This document shows positions 12,134-22,587 of a stretch of 61,270 nucleotides of DNA, piece after piece. How positions within the stretch are numbered: position 1 is the stretch's first letter; each line of letters opens with the position of its first letter. The notes beneath the pieces were generated by a model. The model saw nothing but the letters and a program-made list of their open reading frames with translations. It made no database searches and was not told where the DNA came from. The stretch comes from Myxococcota bacterium. GTDB lineage: Bacteria > Myxococcota_A > SURF-8 > G963663525. The stretch covers positions 1 to 61,270 of the forward strand of contig CAXXVK010000022.1 in assembly GCA_963676915.2 (NCBI GenBank), given 5' to 3'. The translations under genes were made by a program, and so were the position numbers.

Positions 12134-12167
12134 GTAGAAGGGGGAAGACATGAAAAAAGTACGAAAT

Positions 12168-12318
12168 CTTAAGATACACCTTTTGCTTCGCCGTTATGAT
12201 TTGGCATTATCGATGGAACCCCTGAAAGCAAAGGGAATCATGGGCGAAGCGACGTGAAACGTTCGCTTGCCCGTGTGCGAACGAAATCCATGGGCAATCT
12301 ACGGTTCGCCCATGCCAC
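12168..12318 (+). repeat. Repeat family B (REPIN-like double hairpin with leader)
   Basis: Aligns with the reverse complement of 58598-58731; the core also occurs at 25468-25555. Confidence 0.8.
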
Positions 12319-12464
12319 ACATCCGCCTTTCGGTCGACTTCGCCGCCGGTCTCGACGTGAAAGACTTCCGCTATTCCGCGTCTCGCCAACGACGAATCCG
12401 TCTCGAAATCCTCGGTCGGTATTTTTAGGAGGACTTCTAAATTCCACTATTCAGATAGAAGCTA

Positions 12465-12493
12465 TTGACAATTCTCGCACGAACCGTTAGATT
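12465..12493 (+). promoter_or_regulatory. Putative sigma70 promoter
   Basis: TTGACA-17 nt-TAGATT upstream of the response regulator. Confidence 0.45.
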
Positions 12494-12541
12494 GTTTCCC
12501 GCGTTACTAAATGTTAAAAACTTATCTATTTGCATGAAGCC

Positions 12542-12907
12542 ATGAACCCTATTGAACACTTCGGCGTGCTCATTATTGATCGTGAGCGCCTGATCGGTCG
12601 GCTATTGGGGAAAATCATTGCCAAGGTCTATCCTATGGCCAATGTCACCACTCTCAATGACATCGATATTGCCATTGAAGAGCTGAACCACCAGCAATTC
12701 GATCTCATCATCAGCGACCTGTTCGTACCCCAACCTGAAGAGGGATACCGGCTGGCCAAGTTCGTCAAAGAAAACCACCCCACCACTCGTTTTCACCTCA
12801 TCAGCGGTAGCAACGATGAACAATACGCCCACAAGCTCAATGAGCTGGGCGTTACCTTGCACAATAAGATGAATTACATCGAAAAACTCAGCCAAACGGC
12901 CATCTGA
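12542..12907 (+). CDS. Single-domain response regulator (receiver)
   Basis: VLIID, FDLIISDL..P...G, ISG, HNK. Confidence 0.8.
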   Translation: MNPIEHFGVLIIDRERLIGRLLGKIIAKVYPMANVTTLNDIDIAIEELNHQQFDLIISDLFVPQPEEGYRLAKFVKENHPTTRFHLISGSNDEQYAHKLNELGVTLHNKMNYIEKLSQTAI

Positions 12908-13071
12908 CGGCGGTCTTTGTTTCCGTTTTTTTCAAGATAGGAAAATCTGCGCTCCATAATGTCGACTGAATGAGATCTAATCAATTCTTAACAGAACGGC
13001 GTGCTGTTGATTTGCGTCGTTTCATGCTAAGATGCGTCGAAATATACCTTTACATCGGGAGATATTCGACC

Positions 13072-15609
13072 ATGAAAGCATGGAACCGCTTCGTTTTTGC
13101 CGTGGTAGCGTTCGTTTTTCTTTTTGCCGTGGGATGTTCCGACTCTTCGGACGACACCAACCCTTCCGGGGGCGATACGGATTTGGAAGAACAAAGCGGC
13201 GAGGTACAAACCTTCGACTACGATAATCCCGTGCAAAAAACCTCGCCCTGGCCGATGTTCCGCCGGGACAGCAAAAACCGGGGTCGAAGTCCCATCATCC
13301 CGAAACAAAGCGACAAAGAACCGTGGAAATTCAGCACGGGAAAAGGCATGTTCCACGCTCCGGTCATCGGTGGGGATGGCACCATCTACATGGGTAGCGC
13401 CGACACGCATTTCTACGCGATCAGTCCCGAAGGGGAGGAGCTTTGGAACTTCCCGACCGGAGAAATCCTCGATTCCACGGCGGTGATCGGCGAGGATGGA
13501 ACGATTTATGTACCTGCCGGAGACGGCAATCTGTACGCGCTAACCTCAGAAGGGGAGGAAAAATGGCGGGTACAAGCCAGTGGAGGGCAGTTTATCACCT
13601 GGTGGGAAGGCCACATCACGATGGACCGTAACGGCGTGCTGTTCGCCGGAAACGACGACTACCACCTGTACGCCATTTCCACCGAAGGCGAGATTCTCTG
13701 GGGACATGCCACCGGCGATCAGGTGTGGTCCTGCGCTTCGTTCGGTGACAACGGCGAAATCTTTTTCGGTTCCAACGATGCTTACCTGCGCGTGATTCAG
13801 AACAAGGGCGACCTGGAAGACGACAAACGGCTGTACAATCAGTACCTTACCATCGGTCCGGTGACTTCTTCCCCCGCTGTCAACGACGACGGAACGCTTG
13901 TAGTGTTCGGTTCGTTCGATGGCTACGTTTACGGAGCCGATCCGTCCTCCACCTCGCTGTTTCCGCTGTGGAGTTTCCCCGTCCGGGATCATATTTACGG
14001 GTCAGCGGCCATTGCCGAAGACGGAACGATTTACATCGGATCGGCGGACGGAAGTTTGTATGCTTTGAACCAGGATGGCACGAAAAAGTGGGCTTTCGAT
14101 ACTTTGGATTCGATTCGCTCCTGCGCGGTCGTGGACGGAGAAGGCAACGTATACTTCGGAGCCGGGGACGGTCGGCTGTACGCCCTGGATTCGGAGGGGA
14201 ACCGACTGTGGTCTTTCGATACCAGCGAAAACGACCGAAACGACCTCAACGGCTCGCCGGTCATCGGTTTCGATGGAATCTACATCGGGGGCGAACACGG
14301 CGATCTGCATTTCGTGCCGTTCGGCTATTGCGAATCCCACACCGACGACGAACGTTGCTCCCTGGAACCTTCCGAGGATATCCCGACGGATGGCGCGCTC
14401 CTCTATTACTACACCGTTGGCGGAAGTTCCGTGGAAACCATCGAAACGATGGTGGGTACGGAGTATACGTTGACGTTCCGTCTCGTCGTTCGTGAAGCCG
14501 GCGACACCCTGGCCGCCCGGCTTGATCCCGACAGCCTCGCGGTCGTCTCCGAACCGGCGTTCGCGTTTCGCACGGAGATTTCGGCGAACGGGCAATTCGT
14601 CAACGTGATTCCCACCGAAGCGCTGGCCGCCGGAATCGACTACTCTATTACGCTAAGCGGCGATTATCTTACAGGAGGAGAGCGTACCGGAAACCGTTTC
14701 AGTGGCGGCACGGTATCCGGCAACTATTCAAAAACGTTTGACTTTTCTACGAAACCCGCTTCGACGGATGCCTTTCCTGTCGCTTTTGGAAATGACGAAA
14801 CGGACGTGCTGCTGATGCGACGGATGGCTGTTCCCCAACCGCCGATGATGACGACCTTCAACCAGATCGGTTTCGATAGCTATAACTTTATGCTGGGACT
14901 GGTGGCGAAAAACGAAACGAATCGAACGATGACGTTTTTGGGAATCGAGGGCACTCCGGGACTGGAACCGAAAACATTGATGGACACCAAAAGCGTGTTT
15001 GTGCTCAACGGCAGTTACGAGGGAACGTCTTTTTACCTGTCGAGCAACGGATTCAGTGTGGAAATTACCGATGTCGGTATCGTAATGGACCTGTTCCGCA
15101 TGGCCGGAACCCTCGATGCCCAACTGGAAACCCAAGAAATGAACATTTACGCCGAGGTAACCTGTTCCAACATCGAAAGTTTCGGTTCGCAACTCGACAT
15201 GGTGGGCCTGTGCAACCCCGATACGGGGAAAATGATCGTCAACGGCACCACGATGATCAAGAAACACACGGGAAGTGAAGGAACACGTCCCGATGGGTTG
15301 TCGGTAACGGAGGTAACCTACACGCCCGACGCCGGAACCCACAGCCTGGGATATCTGGAAGCCGTATTCGATACCAACACGTTGTCCGGTGAAGAACATT
15401 TCGCCGTGCTGCTCGTCGGACCGGCGGACTCGGACGAAATTTTAGGGATGCAATACGGCATGAACCGGGAGCAACTGGACAACAGCGACGGATCGTTGAA
15501 TAAGGTACGGCATCATCTGCCGCAAGCACTGTCCGAAGGGACGTATCGAGTGCTGGTAGTGGTGGACCTCTACCCGGTTTACGAAACCACGGTACAGGTC
15601 ACACCGTAA
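13072..15609 (+). CDS. Lipoprotein with PQQ-like beta-propeller repeats
   Basis: Lipobox AVGC; WPMFRRD; repeated DGTIY.GS.D..LYA...G..KW.F. Confidence 0.85.
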   Translation: MKAWNRFVFAVVAFVFLFAVGCSDSSDDTNPSGGDTDLEEQSGEVQTFDYDNPVQKTSPWPMFRRDSKNRGRSPIIPKQSDKEPWKFSTGKGMFHAPVIGGDGTIYMGSADTHFYAISPEGEELWNFPTGEILDSTAVIGEDGTIYVPAGDGNLYALTSEGEEKWRVQASGGQFITWWEGHITMDRNGVLFAGNDDYHLYAISTEGEILWGHATGDQVWSCASFGDNGEIFFGSNDAYLRVIQNKGDLEDDKRLYNQYLTIGPVTSSPAVNDDGTLVVFGSFDGYVYGADPSSTSLFPLWSFPVRDHIYGSAAIAEDGTIYIGSADGSLYALNQDGTKKWAFDTLDSIRSCAVVDGEGNVYFGAGDGRLYALDSEGNRLWSFDTSENDRNDLNGSPVIGFDGIYIGGEHGDLHFVPFGYCESHTDDERCSLEPSEDIPTDGALLYYYTVGGSSVETIETMVGTEYTLTFRLVVREAGDTLAARLDPDSLAVVSEPAFAFRTEISANGQFVNVIPTEALAAGIDYSITLSGDYLTGGERTGNRFSGGTVSGNYSKTFDFSTKPASTDAFPVAFGNDETDVLLMRRMAVPQPPMMTTFNQIGFDSYNFMLGLVAKNETNRTMTFLGIEGTPGLEPKTLMDTKSVFVLNGSYEGTSFYLSSNGFSVEITDVGIVMDLFRMAGTLDAQLETQEMNIYAEVTCSNIESFGSQLDMVGLCNPDTGKMIVNGTTMIKKHTGSEGTRPDGLSVTEVTYTPDAGTHSLGYLEAVFDTNTLSGEEHFAVLLVGPADSDEILGMQYGMNREQLDNSDGSLNKVRHHLPQALSEGTYRVLVVVDLYPVYETTVQVTP

Positions 15610-15614
15610 GTGGG

Positions 15615-15640
15615 AAGGTCGGGTGATTTTCACCCGACTT
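15615..15640. repeat. REP family A palindrome between convergent genes
   Basis: AAGGTCGGGTGATTTTCACCCGACTT. Confidence 0.75.
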
Positions 15641-15660
15641 GATCGGAAGTGCAACTCTTT

Positions 15661-16641
15661 CTAATCTTTATACAACCCTTGCAACCACTGAGCCAGAGGT
15701 TCGAACACCATGCTTGGCGCGGGATTGGAGACGAACATGTCGGCGTGGGCGAAGCGGAGATTTTCGTTTCCCACTTCGTGGACCTGCTTGTTTTCGGAAG
15801 GAGTGCCGATCCGGTCGAAGGCCGATAGCGCCGCCTCCGGTGGGACGATACCGTCGGCGTTGGCGTACAGGCAGAAAAACGGCAGCGTGACGTGGCGCAA
15901 TTCCTCGCTGATATTAGTGCCGTCGATGACGATATCCCGCCGGTTGACCCACCAGGCGATGTCTTCGTTCAGAAAACGGTTCGGATCGTCCACCGTCTGC
16001 GTCAACTGTTCGAGGTTGGAGGTATCCACAATGTCGGCATGCATGTAGATTTCAAGGATTTTCGGTGTGCGCAGCAAGAGCGGCAGAGCGGCGCGGGCCA
16101 ACTGGCGCGTGCCTTTGAATGGCAACAGCGACGCCAGTTTCGGCGATTTGAAAGCGATCGCCAGCGCCGGATGTACCGACTCCCAACGAAGCGGCGCACC
16201 CATGCCGACCAGTGCGCCGACCGGTGTGTCGGGCACCAACACCGTATGAATGTATAAGTAGGTTCCGCCGAGACTGCAGCCGATGAGGTCCACTTTGTCC
16301 GCCCCGGTCCGGGAAAGCTCCAAAACTCCCGCGATGGCTGCCTTGAGGTCGTCCACCGCAATATCCCGAAGACGGTAACAGCGCCCGCCGCCTTCGCGTT
16401 TCGCCCGTCCCTGTCCGCGCAGATCCACCGACCAGACCTCGAATCCGGCCTGCACGAGGTATTCTTCCATGGAAAGGTTGTTGGGATGCCAGCCGAAAAT
16501 AAAGGAATTCATTCCGTAGCCCGGCACGATCATCAGCGGGCGTCGGCCCGAAACAAGCGTCTCCGAATTCCAACGTTGTTTGAGGCTCAATCGCCAGCCG
16601 CAGCCGTTATCCACGAAATGAAAAATGGTTTCCAGCGCCAT
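15661..16641 (-). CDS. Alpha/beta hydrolase (PhaC-like family)
   Basis: VDLRGQG, nucleophile elbow GCSLGG, DGIVP, HAD. Confidence 0.85.
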   Translation of the reverse strand: MALETIFHFVDNGCGWRLSLKQRWNSETLVSGRRPLMIVPGYGMNSFIFGWHPNNLSMEEYLVQAGFEVWSVDLRGQGRAKREGGGRCYRLRDIAVDDLKAAIAGVLELSRTGADKVDLIGCSLGGTYLYIHTVLVPDTPVGALVGMGAPLRWESVHPALAIAFKSPKLASLLPFKGTRQLARAALPLLLRTPKILEIYMHADIVDTSNLEQLTQTVDDPNRFLNEDIAWWVNRRDIVIDGTNISEELRHVTLPFFCLYANADGIVPPEAALSAFDRIGTPSENKQVHEVGNENLRFAHADMFVSNPAPSMVFEPLAQWLQGLYKD

Positions 16642-16677
16642 ACACCCCTCCCGAAGAGTCCGCTTTCGTCGCACGAA

Positions 16678-17172
16678 TTATTCCACGGTGAAAAACGCTT
16701 CTTTTTTGGCATTGCAGATCGGGCAGCGATCTTCCGGTTCCGAGTCCGTCACATATCCGCAAATCTTGCAAACATGATAGTTGCCCTCGGTTTCGTCGAG
16801 CAGATGCGCAATCGCTTTTTCGTAGAGTTTCCGGTGTCCTTCCTCGACATCGCGGGTCCGGGAAAACTCGTTGGCCACGGCGCGTTCGCCTTCTTCGTCG
16901 GCAACCTTGAGCAATTCGCCGTAAGCTTGAATGGCAAAATCTTCGGTTCCGAAGGTCCGTTCGAGGTTTTCTTCGGTGTTCCCCGTGATTTTGCGCAGGC
17001 GCAGCATGTTCATGGCATGAATCGCCTGAGCCTCGGCCATGGCTCGAAACAACCTGGCCACCTGCGGCAACTCTTCACGATCCGCTTTGATGGCGAACGC
17101 CCGATTGCGGAAATAGGCTTCGGCTTCCCCTTGAAATGCCAGCTTCAGATTCTTCTGTGTCTTTTCACCCAT
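16678..17172 (-). CDS. Rubrerythrin family protein
   Basis: NLKLAFQGEAEA, AEA..HA, EEGH, C-terminal CKICGY..CPIC. Confidence 0.9.
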   Translation of the reverse strand: MGEKTQKNLKLAFQGEAEAYFRNRAFAIKADREELPQVARLFRAMAEAQAIHAMNMLRLRKITGNTEENLERTFGTEDFAIQAYGELLKVADEEGERAVANEFSRTRDVEEGHRKLYEKAIAHLLDETEGNYHVCKICGYVTDSEPEDRCPICNAKKEAFFTVE

Positions 17173-17362
17173 TGGTATCTCCACTTTGTTCGAATTCATC
17201 CGTGGATTTCACTTTAACGCAATCCGTTGGAAATTGACAAGATTTTGCAATTTTACCGGAAAACGTGCGTGAAAAATATTGTGTAGGCTACATTACGGAC
17301 TTTGCACAAGGTGGAGCAGATGTCTCGTTGGTTCCGATTTCCTGACGTCCAACGAACGGAAA

Positions 17363-17390
17363 ATGGCCGGGTGAAGACTCGCCCGACCAT
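17363..17390. repeat. Degenerate REP family A palindrome
   Basis: ATGGCCGGGTGAAGACTCGCCCGACCAT. Confidence 0.55.
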
Positions 17391-17395
17391 TCGAA

Positions 17396-17770
17396 TTACC
17401 GCTCGGATTCGAGCTTGAGCTTGAGTTTTTCCAAAAACTCCGACTCACGTATTTTCGAAGCGTGCTCGATATGTACCTGAAGGAAATGGCGGGGGTTGGG
17501 GCCGGTGCTCTGGCTGTCCGGGTAGATTTCCAGACTGCCGCGAACGATTTTTTGCGAGTTGAGCTTGTATTTGAAGATGACGAAACCCGATTCTTTGTCC
17601 TTGTTTTCCACCGGGCATTTCAAATCCACTTGAATGAAACGCAGACTGACCGACCACAACTGCTCGTATGGGTGCTTGAAAACTTCTTTCGATTTCGCAT
17701 CGGCGCTCGTGCCGCCAAAGCACACCAGCAGGGCGACAACCGCAATGAGCTTCCATACGTTTCGAACCAT
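17396..17770 (-). CDS. Hypothetical exported protein
   Basis: Signal peptide, RBS, plausible composition. Confidence 0.7.
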   Translation of the reverse strand: MVRNVWKLIAVVALLVCFGGTSADAKSKEVFKHPYEQLWSVSLRFIQVDLKCPVENKDKESGFVIFKYKLNSQKIVRGSLEIYPDSQSTGPNPRHFLQVHIEHASKIRESEFLEKLKLKLESER

Positions 17771-17884
17771 AATCCTTTCCCTATCTCCCTCGCGAGGGTG
17801 TTTTTATCGGGCTAGATGTCCTTGCCTCTCTTCTCTATTTTGTTTACCATGAAGCACGTTTGATTTCAACGCGAGGGGCTGTGC

Positions 17885-18829
17885 ATGACCTTGGCATCGC
17901 TGACTATCGATCTCGATTCGCTGTATTGTTATCGTCAGATTTACGGGTTGGCCGAATCGAAACAGGCGGAAAACGACGTATACGAACTCGCACTCGACCG
18001 CTTTTCCGACCTGCTCGACCGCTTCGGCTTTCGTGCAACGCTGTTCAGTATCGCACGAGATCTCGAAATCGGTTCGAACCGGGACACTTTGCGCCAACTT
18101 GCGAAAGAAGGCCACGAAATCGCCAGCCATAGCCTGACGCACAACTACCGGCTCAGCCGCCTCGATGTCCAGGCCATCGAAACGGAGTTGGTACAGTCGA
18201 AAACGATGATCGAGGACGCTATCGGCGAACCGGTGCAGGGATTTCGCGCACCGGGTTACAATTTAAGTCCTTCCCTGGTCGAGGGCATCCGAAAGGCCGG
18301 GTATCTCTACGACAGCTCGGTCTTTCCGGCAACGCCGTATTATCTGGCCAAGGCGGCGATTCTTCCCATGTTGAAAGCTCGCGGGCGTAACAGTACAAGC
18401 ATTCTGGGATCGCCGTTCGTGCTGGCGGCTCCCACCGAACCGTATCGGATGGGAACGCCCTATTGGAGAAAAGGAAGCGGGTTGATCGAACTGCCGATTT
18501 CGGTGGTCCCCGGTTTGCGACTGCCTATGCTGGGTTCGCTGTTCACACTGGGGGGCTGGAAACTCGTCTGGAGTCAGCTGAAATTGTTGTTCGCCGCCAA
18601 AGCAAAACATATCCACATCGAGTTTCACGGGGTGGATTTCCTCGATGGTCCCGGCGACGGCCTCGCCCCGGAACTGCTGGCCCAACCGGACCTCGCCGTG
18701 AGTTGGTCTCAAAAGAAGGAACTTTATCTGCGGCTTTTCGATGCACTGTTTCTGGAAACGGACGTCTTGCCTTTGCGGAATGTGGCGGCGAAGCTGGGAC
18801 AGGAATCCTCTGGAAAATCAGGGGAGTAG
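17885..18829 (+). CDS. Polysaccharide deacetylase family protein
   Basis: TIDLD, ATLF, GHEIASHSLTH, GFRAPG, YDSS. Confidence 0.9.
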   Translation: MTLASLTIDLDSLYCYRQIYGLAESKQAENDVYELALDRFSDLLDRFGFRATLFSIARDLEIGSNRDTLRQLAKEGHEIASHSLTHNYRLSRLDVQAIETELVQSKTMIEDAIGEPVQGFRAPGYNLSPSLVEGIRKAGYLYDSSVFPATPYYLAKAAILPMLKARGRNSTSILGSPFVLAAPTEPYRMGTPYWRKGSGLIELPISVVPGLRLPMLGSLFTLGGWKLVWSQLKLLFAAKAKHIHIEFHGVDFLDGPGDGLAPELLAQPDLAVSWSQKKELYLRLFDALFLETDVLPLRNVAAKLGQESSGKSGE

Positions 18830-18833
18830 AAAT

Positions 18834-18954
18834 GGTCGGGCGAGGAATTGCCCAACCGACATTGAGATGGAGCAGGATTGTATCCCCGTCCAGGTCGGGC
18901 TTATTTTTAGCCCGACACCTTGGCATTGTCGGGCAAGAAATTTGCTCGACCTAC
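18834..18954. repeat. Composite REP cluster (family A x3 plus a family C half)
   Basis: GGTCGGGC..GCCCAACC; GATGGAGCAGGATTGTATCCCCGTCC; GGTCGGGCTTATTTTTAGCCCGACA..TGTCGGGCAAGAAATTTGCTCGACCTAC. Confidence 0.8.
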
Positions 18955-18958
18955 TACG

Positions 18959-19804
18959 CTACGGATATTCCGCCTTGACCAGCGCATCGATTTCTTTGAG
19001 CGTTTTAAGCCAACGCGGCAAGGTTTCGAGCCGGACCATGTTCGGCCCGTCGCATTTCGCCTGCTCCGGCTCGTCGTGCACCTCCAGGAACAGCGCGTCG
19101 ATTCCCACCGCCACGGCGGCACGCGCCAGAAGCGGAACGTCTTCGCGAACGCCCCCGGACGAACACCCCAGTCCTCCCGGTTCCTGAACGGCATGCGTCG
19201 CATCGAAAACCACGGGATGCCCGCAGGAACGAAGCACGGCCAACGAGCGGAAATCCACCACCAGCCGATTGTATCCGTGGCTCGTGCCACGCTCCGTCAG
19301 CAGGATATCCGTCGCCCCGGAGGCTTCCAGTTTTTCAACCACCGGTTGCATGTCCCAGGGCGCTAAAAACTGACCTTTTTTCACGTTCACCGGGCGACCG
19401 GTACGAGCGGCAGCGACCAGCAAATCCGTCTGGCGGCATAAAAAAGCAGGAATCTGTAGAATATCAAGGACTTCCGCTGCAGGGACAGCTTGCTCGACAC
19501 TGTGAATGTCGCTGAGCACGGGAAGACCGCTGCGAGCCTTTACCGCTTCGAGGATACGCAATCCTTCGTCCAGACCAGGACCGCGAAACGAGTGCAAAGA
19601 CGTGCGGTTGGCTTTGTCGAACGAAGATTTATAAATGCAATGAATTCCAAGGGTTCGGCCGATTTCAGCCAAAGCGTCGGCCATGCGGAGCGCGTGGGTT
19701 TCGCTCTCGATGACGCAAGGACCGGCGATCAGCACAAACGGCGAGTTCCCCCCGAGTTCGAATCCTCCAACTCGTACCGATTTCACACGTGGATAGCGGT
19801 CCAT
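18959..19804 (-). CDS. kdsA: KDO 8-phosphate synthase
   Basis: [44 protein letters not shown]. Confidence 0.97.
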   Translation of the reverse strand: MDRYPRVKSVRVGGFELGGNSPFVLIAGPCVIESETHALRMADALAEIGRTLGIHCIYKSSFDKANRTSLHSFRGPGLDEGLRILEAVKARSGLPVLSDIHSVEQAVPAAEVLDILQIPAFLCRQTDLLVAAARTGRPVNVKKGQFLAPWDMQPVVEKLEASGATDILLTERGTSHGYNRLVVDFRSLAVLRSCGHPVVFDATHAVQEPGGLGCSSGGVREDVPLLARAAVAVGIDALFLEVHDEPEQAKCDGPNMVRLETLPRWLKTLKEIDALVKAEYP

Positions 19805-20583
19805 TGTTCACGCACCTTTTCGAGATCTTCCAACGTATCAACACCTCGGCCGGGACGTTCGGTTCGGATACAGGTGATCATCATGTCGTTTTCCAAAGCT
19901 CGTAACTGCTCCAGGTTTTCACGTTTTTCCCTGATGCTTGGAGGCAACGAAACGAAACGCTTCAAAACATCCCGGCGAAAGGCATAGATACCGACATGAC
20001 CGTAATGCATAGAAATTCCAGGGATTTTCCCACGCGAAAAATCGAGCACCCGGCCCTGCTCGTCCAGCGTGAGCTTGACGAGATTCGGGTTGTCCAACTC
20101 CGCTTGATCCGTGATCGGGATACAGGCCGTCACGATTTCCGGCAACGGATCGGATGAAAACGCCCCGACCAGGCGATCAATCGTGGACGGAGAAATCAAC
20201 GGTTCGTCTCCCTGGATGTTCAAAACGATATCCGCCCGAAAGTTTATAGCCACCTCGGCCACGCGGTCGGTACCGGAAACATGATCGTGTCGGGTCAGCA
20301 TCACCGGTACACCCTCCCGCTCGCAGGCTTCGCGGATGCGGTTGTCGTCCGTGGCTACAATCAGGCGGTCTAGTTTCGACAACACCGCCCGTTCGTAAAC
20401 CCGTACGACCATCGGTTTGCCATGAAGATCGGCCAAAGGTTTTCCGGGAAAACGGGTGGAGTCGTATCGGGCGGGAATTACACCGAGGCTCGAAAGGGTT
20501 TCGCCGGAATCTCTCGCCGTTTTGCCGTTCACTCGTTTGCCTTTTGTTCGTTCGGATTGGATTTTTTGGAGTCGTTGGACCAT
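19783..20583 (-). CDS. kdsB: 3-deoxy-manno-octulosonate cytidylyltransferase
   Basis: [38 protein letters not shown]. Start uncertain. Confidence 0.95.
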   Translation of the reverse strand: MVQRLQKIQSERTKGKRVNGKTARDSGETLSSLGVIPARYDSTRFPGKPLADLHGKPMVVRVYERAVLSKLDRLIVATDDNRIREACEREGVPVMLTRHDHVSGTDRVAEVAINFRADIVLNIQGDEPLISPSTIDRLVGAFSSDPLPEIVTACIPITDQAELDNPNLVKLTLDEQGRVLDFSRGKIPGISMHYGHVGIYAFRRDVLKRFVSLPPSIREKRENLEQLRALENDMMITCIRTERPGRGVDTLEDLEKVREQWTAIHV

Positions 20584-20661
20584 AATTCGTCAAAACAAAC
20601 GTCATCGTACGACAAATCGAGCCAAAAAGTAAAAGATTGAAACGATCGAAGGGAGGTTATC

Positions 20662-21060
20662 GTGGGATTTTTCAAAAAACTGTTGGGAATCTGTGAAACT
20701 CAGCCACCGGCGGATGCCTCGTGCTGGCGATTCGAAAACGGAGAAATTCGTATCGATCTGTCGAAAGCGAAGGAACTTTCCGCTCCCGGCGGTGCGATCC
20801 GGCTGGAAGACAACGGTCTACCCGAGCGTGTGCTCGTGATGCGCACCGAGGACGATCAATGGGTGGCGTATCGGAATCGCTGTTCCCATGGAGGCCGGAG
20901 GTTGGACCCGATCGAAAACGGACACAAGGTTCGTTGCTGCTCGGTGGGTCAGACGACCTTCGACAAGGAAGGCCACGTTCTTTCCGGCTCAGGGAAAAAG
21001 GATATCAAAGTCTATCCGATCGAAGCCGTAGACGACGGATTGGTCGTACGGATCGGATAA
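20662..21060 (+). CDS. Rieske 2Fe-2S domain protein
   Basis: NRCSHGG and an atypical second box VRCCSVG. Confidence 0.75.
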   Translation: MGFFKKLLGICETQPPADASCWRFENGEIRIDLSKAKELSAPGGAIRLEDNGLPERVLVMRTEDDQWVAYRNRCSHGGRRLDPIENGHKVRCCSVGQTTFDKEGHVLSGSGKKDIKVYPIEAVDDGLVVRIG

Positions 21061-21069
21061 AGAACCCGA

Positions 21070-21360
21070 CTACAGTTGCTTGGGCATGGAATCGAGATCG
21101 ACGGTGGACAGCGCGTAGCGAATGAGCTGGCTTTTGTTGGCTTTCGAATAGCCGCGCTGTTTGAGAGTCTGCACCATGCTTTCCAGGTTCTCGATATCCT
21201 CTTTGTACAGCGAAATGCAGCAGATTTTGTAGTGCGTGGGCTTGGGCTCGGGCTTTTTCAGCTTCGTAGCCTTCATGCGGCGCGACGGCTTGAAAAAGTT
21301 GTCGAGCACGTCGTCATCGCTCAACGGGCTTTCGGGCAGTACGCTTTCGTGTTCTTTCAT
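21070..21360 (-). CDS. Small hypothetical protein, possible RHH-type ParA partner
   Basis: Directly downstream of ParA; C-terminal strand-helix-helix pattern (ICCISLY..NKSQLIRYAL). Confidence 0.7.
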   Translation of the reverse strand: MKEHESVLPESPLSDDDVLDNFFKPSRRMKATKLKKPEPKPTHYKICCISLYKEDIENLESMVQTLKQRGYSKANKSQLIRYALSTVDLDSMPKQL

Positions 21361-21395
21361 TTCTCTATTCCTCCTGTCGTTTTAAAGCGTTACGT

Positions 21396-22436
21396 TTATT
21401 TGACCAGTTTTTTGACGACGGCCAGGTAATCGAGCGCCGCATTGGAATCGGGGGCGTACTCGTAGATCGTTTTCTTGAACCCCGGCGCTTCCTTCAGCTT
21501 GGTGGACTGCCGAATGGGCGGCAACACGCGGTCTTTGAAATGACCATCCAGGTGGCGCAGCACTTCCGCACTGATGCGCGTGCGCGAGTCGTAAAAGGTC
21601 GGCAGCACACCTGCGATCTGTACTTCTCTCTGTAGCAGGCGAGCCATACGCTGGAGTGTTTTCAGCACCTGTTTAACACCAACGAGCGCCAGAAAATCGC
21701 AACTGACCGGCACGACCACTTCGTCGGCATAGGCCAGCGCATTCTGGTTGAGCAGGCTCAACGCGGGGGCGCAGTCGAGCACGACGAAATCGTACTCCTT
21801 CTCCCCTCGTTGCTCCACCATCCGGTGGCGCAGCACACGTTCTCTCAACGGCATGGAATCGAGCGCGACTTCCACGGCGGCCAGCGTTTCGTTGCTGGTG
21901 ATGACATCGAGATTGTTGCGAATCGGCACGGCGCACTCGTCGGCGGCCCGGTCGTCGATCAACATATTGTACGACGTGAATTCCCCGGTAATTCCAAGAC
22001 TTACACCGACGTTGCCCTGGGCGTCGAGGTCGATCAGCAAGGTGGAATACCCCTGCTCGGCCAGTGCGGCGGCAAGGTTGATTGCCGTGGTCGTTTTGCC
22101 TGTGCCCCCCTTTTGGTTGAGCACGGCAATGCGGCGCGTTCCCCTGCGTTTTCGGTGGTTTTCCACCTTTTCCGGTTGCAGGCATTCCTGGGAGCAGAAA
22201 AATTGTGCGGTACCATCGTGAATCACACGCTGCCATGCCTGTTCAGGTACGAACGAGCGCCCACATGTGTGGCAGACGGCCCGGCCTCCTTTCGACTGGG
22301 CATCCATCAAACAGCGTTGGGAACAGAAATACATGAATTTTCCAGCCCCTACGGGTTTGACCTGGTAGGTAAACTGAGGTGTGAAACTTCGTCCGCAATG
22401 CGAACAATGCCGAATTTCATCAATGGCCCGTTCCAT
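21396..22436 (-). CDS. ParA/Soj family ATPase with N-terminal TRASH/YHS-like Cys motifs
   Basis: NQKGGTGKTTT, IDLDAQGN, LDCAP; two CxxC...FCSxxC repeats; AGGAGG RBS before ATG 22436. Confidence 0.9.
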   Translation of the reverse strand: MERAIDEIRHCSHCGRSFTPQFTYQVKPVGAGKFMYFCSQRCLMDAQSKGGRAVCHTCGRSFVPEQAWQRVIHDGTAQFFCSQECLQPEKVENHRKRRGTRRIAVLNQKGGTGKTTTAINLAAALAEQGYSTLLIDLDAQGNVGVSLGITGEFTSYNMLIDDRAADECAVPIRNNLDVITSNETLAAVEVALDSMPLRERVLRHRMVEQRGEKEYDFVVLDCAPALSLLNQNALAYADEVVVPVSCDFLALVGVKQVLKTLQRMARLLQREVQIAGVLPTFYDSRTRISAEVLRHLDGHFKDRVLPPIRQSTKLKEAPGFKKTIYEYAPDSNAALDYLAVVKKLVK

Positions 22437-22587
22437 GCTTCCTCCTATCCAGTATCCTCTATTTAATAGATATATACTTAATTCATTAACTGCTTTCGCT
22501 TGATTGTCAAGCATTTTTTTGCTAGTCTGCCTTTCCTGTTCCGATTCATATGAAAATGGACGAATAGCGATCAGCCTGGAGGAAGAT

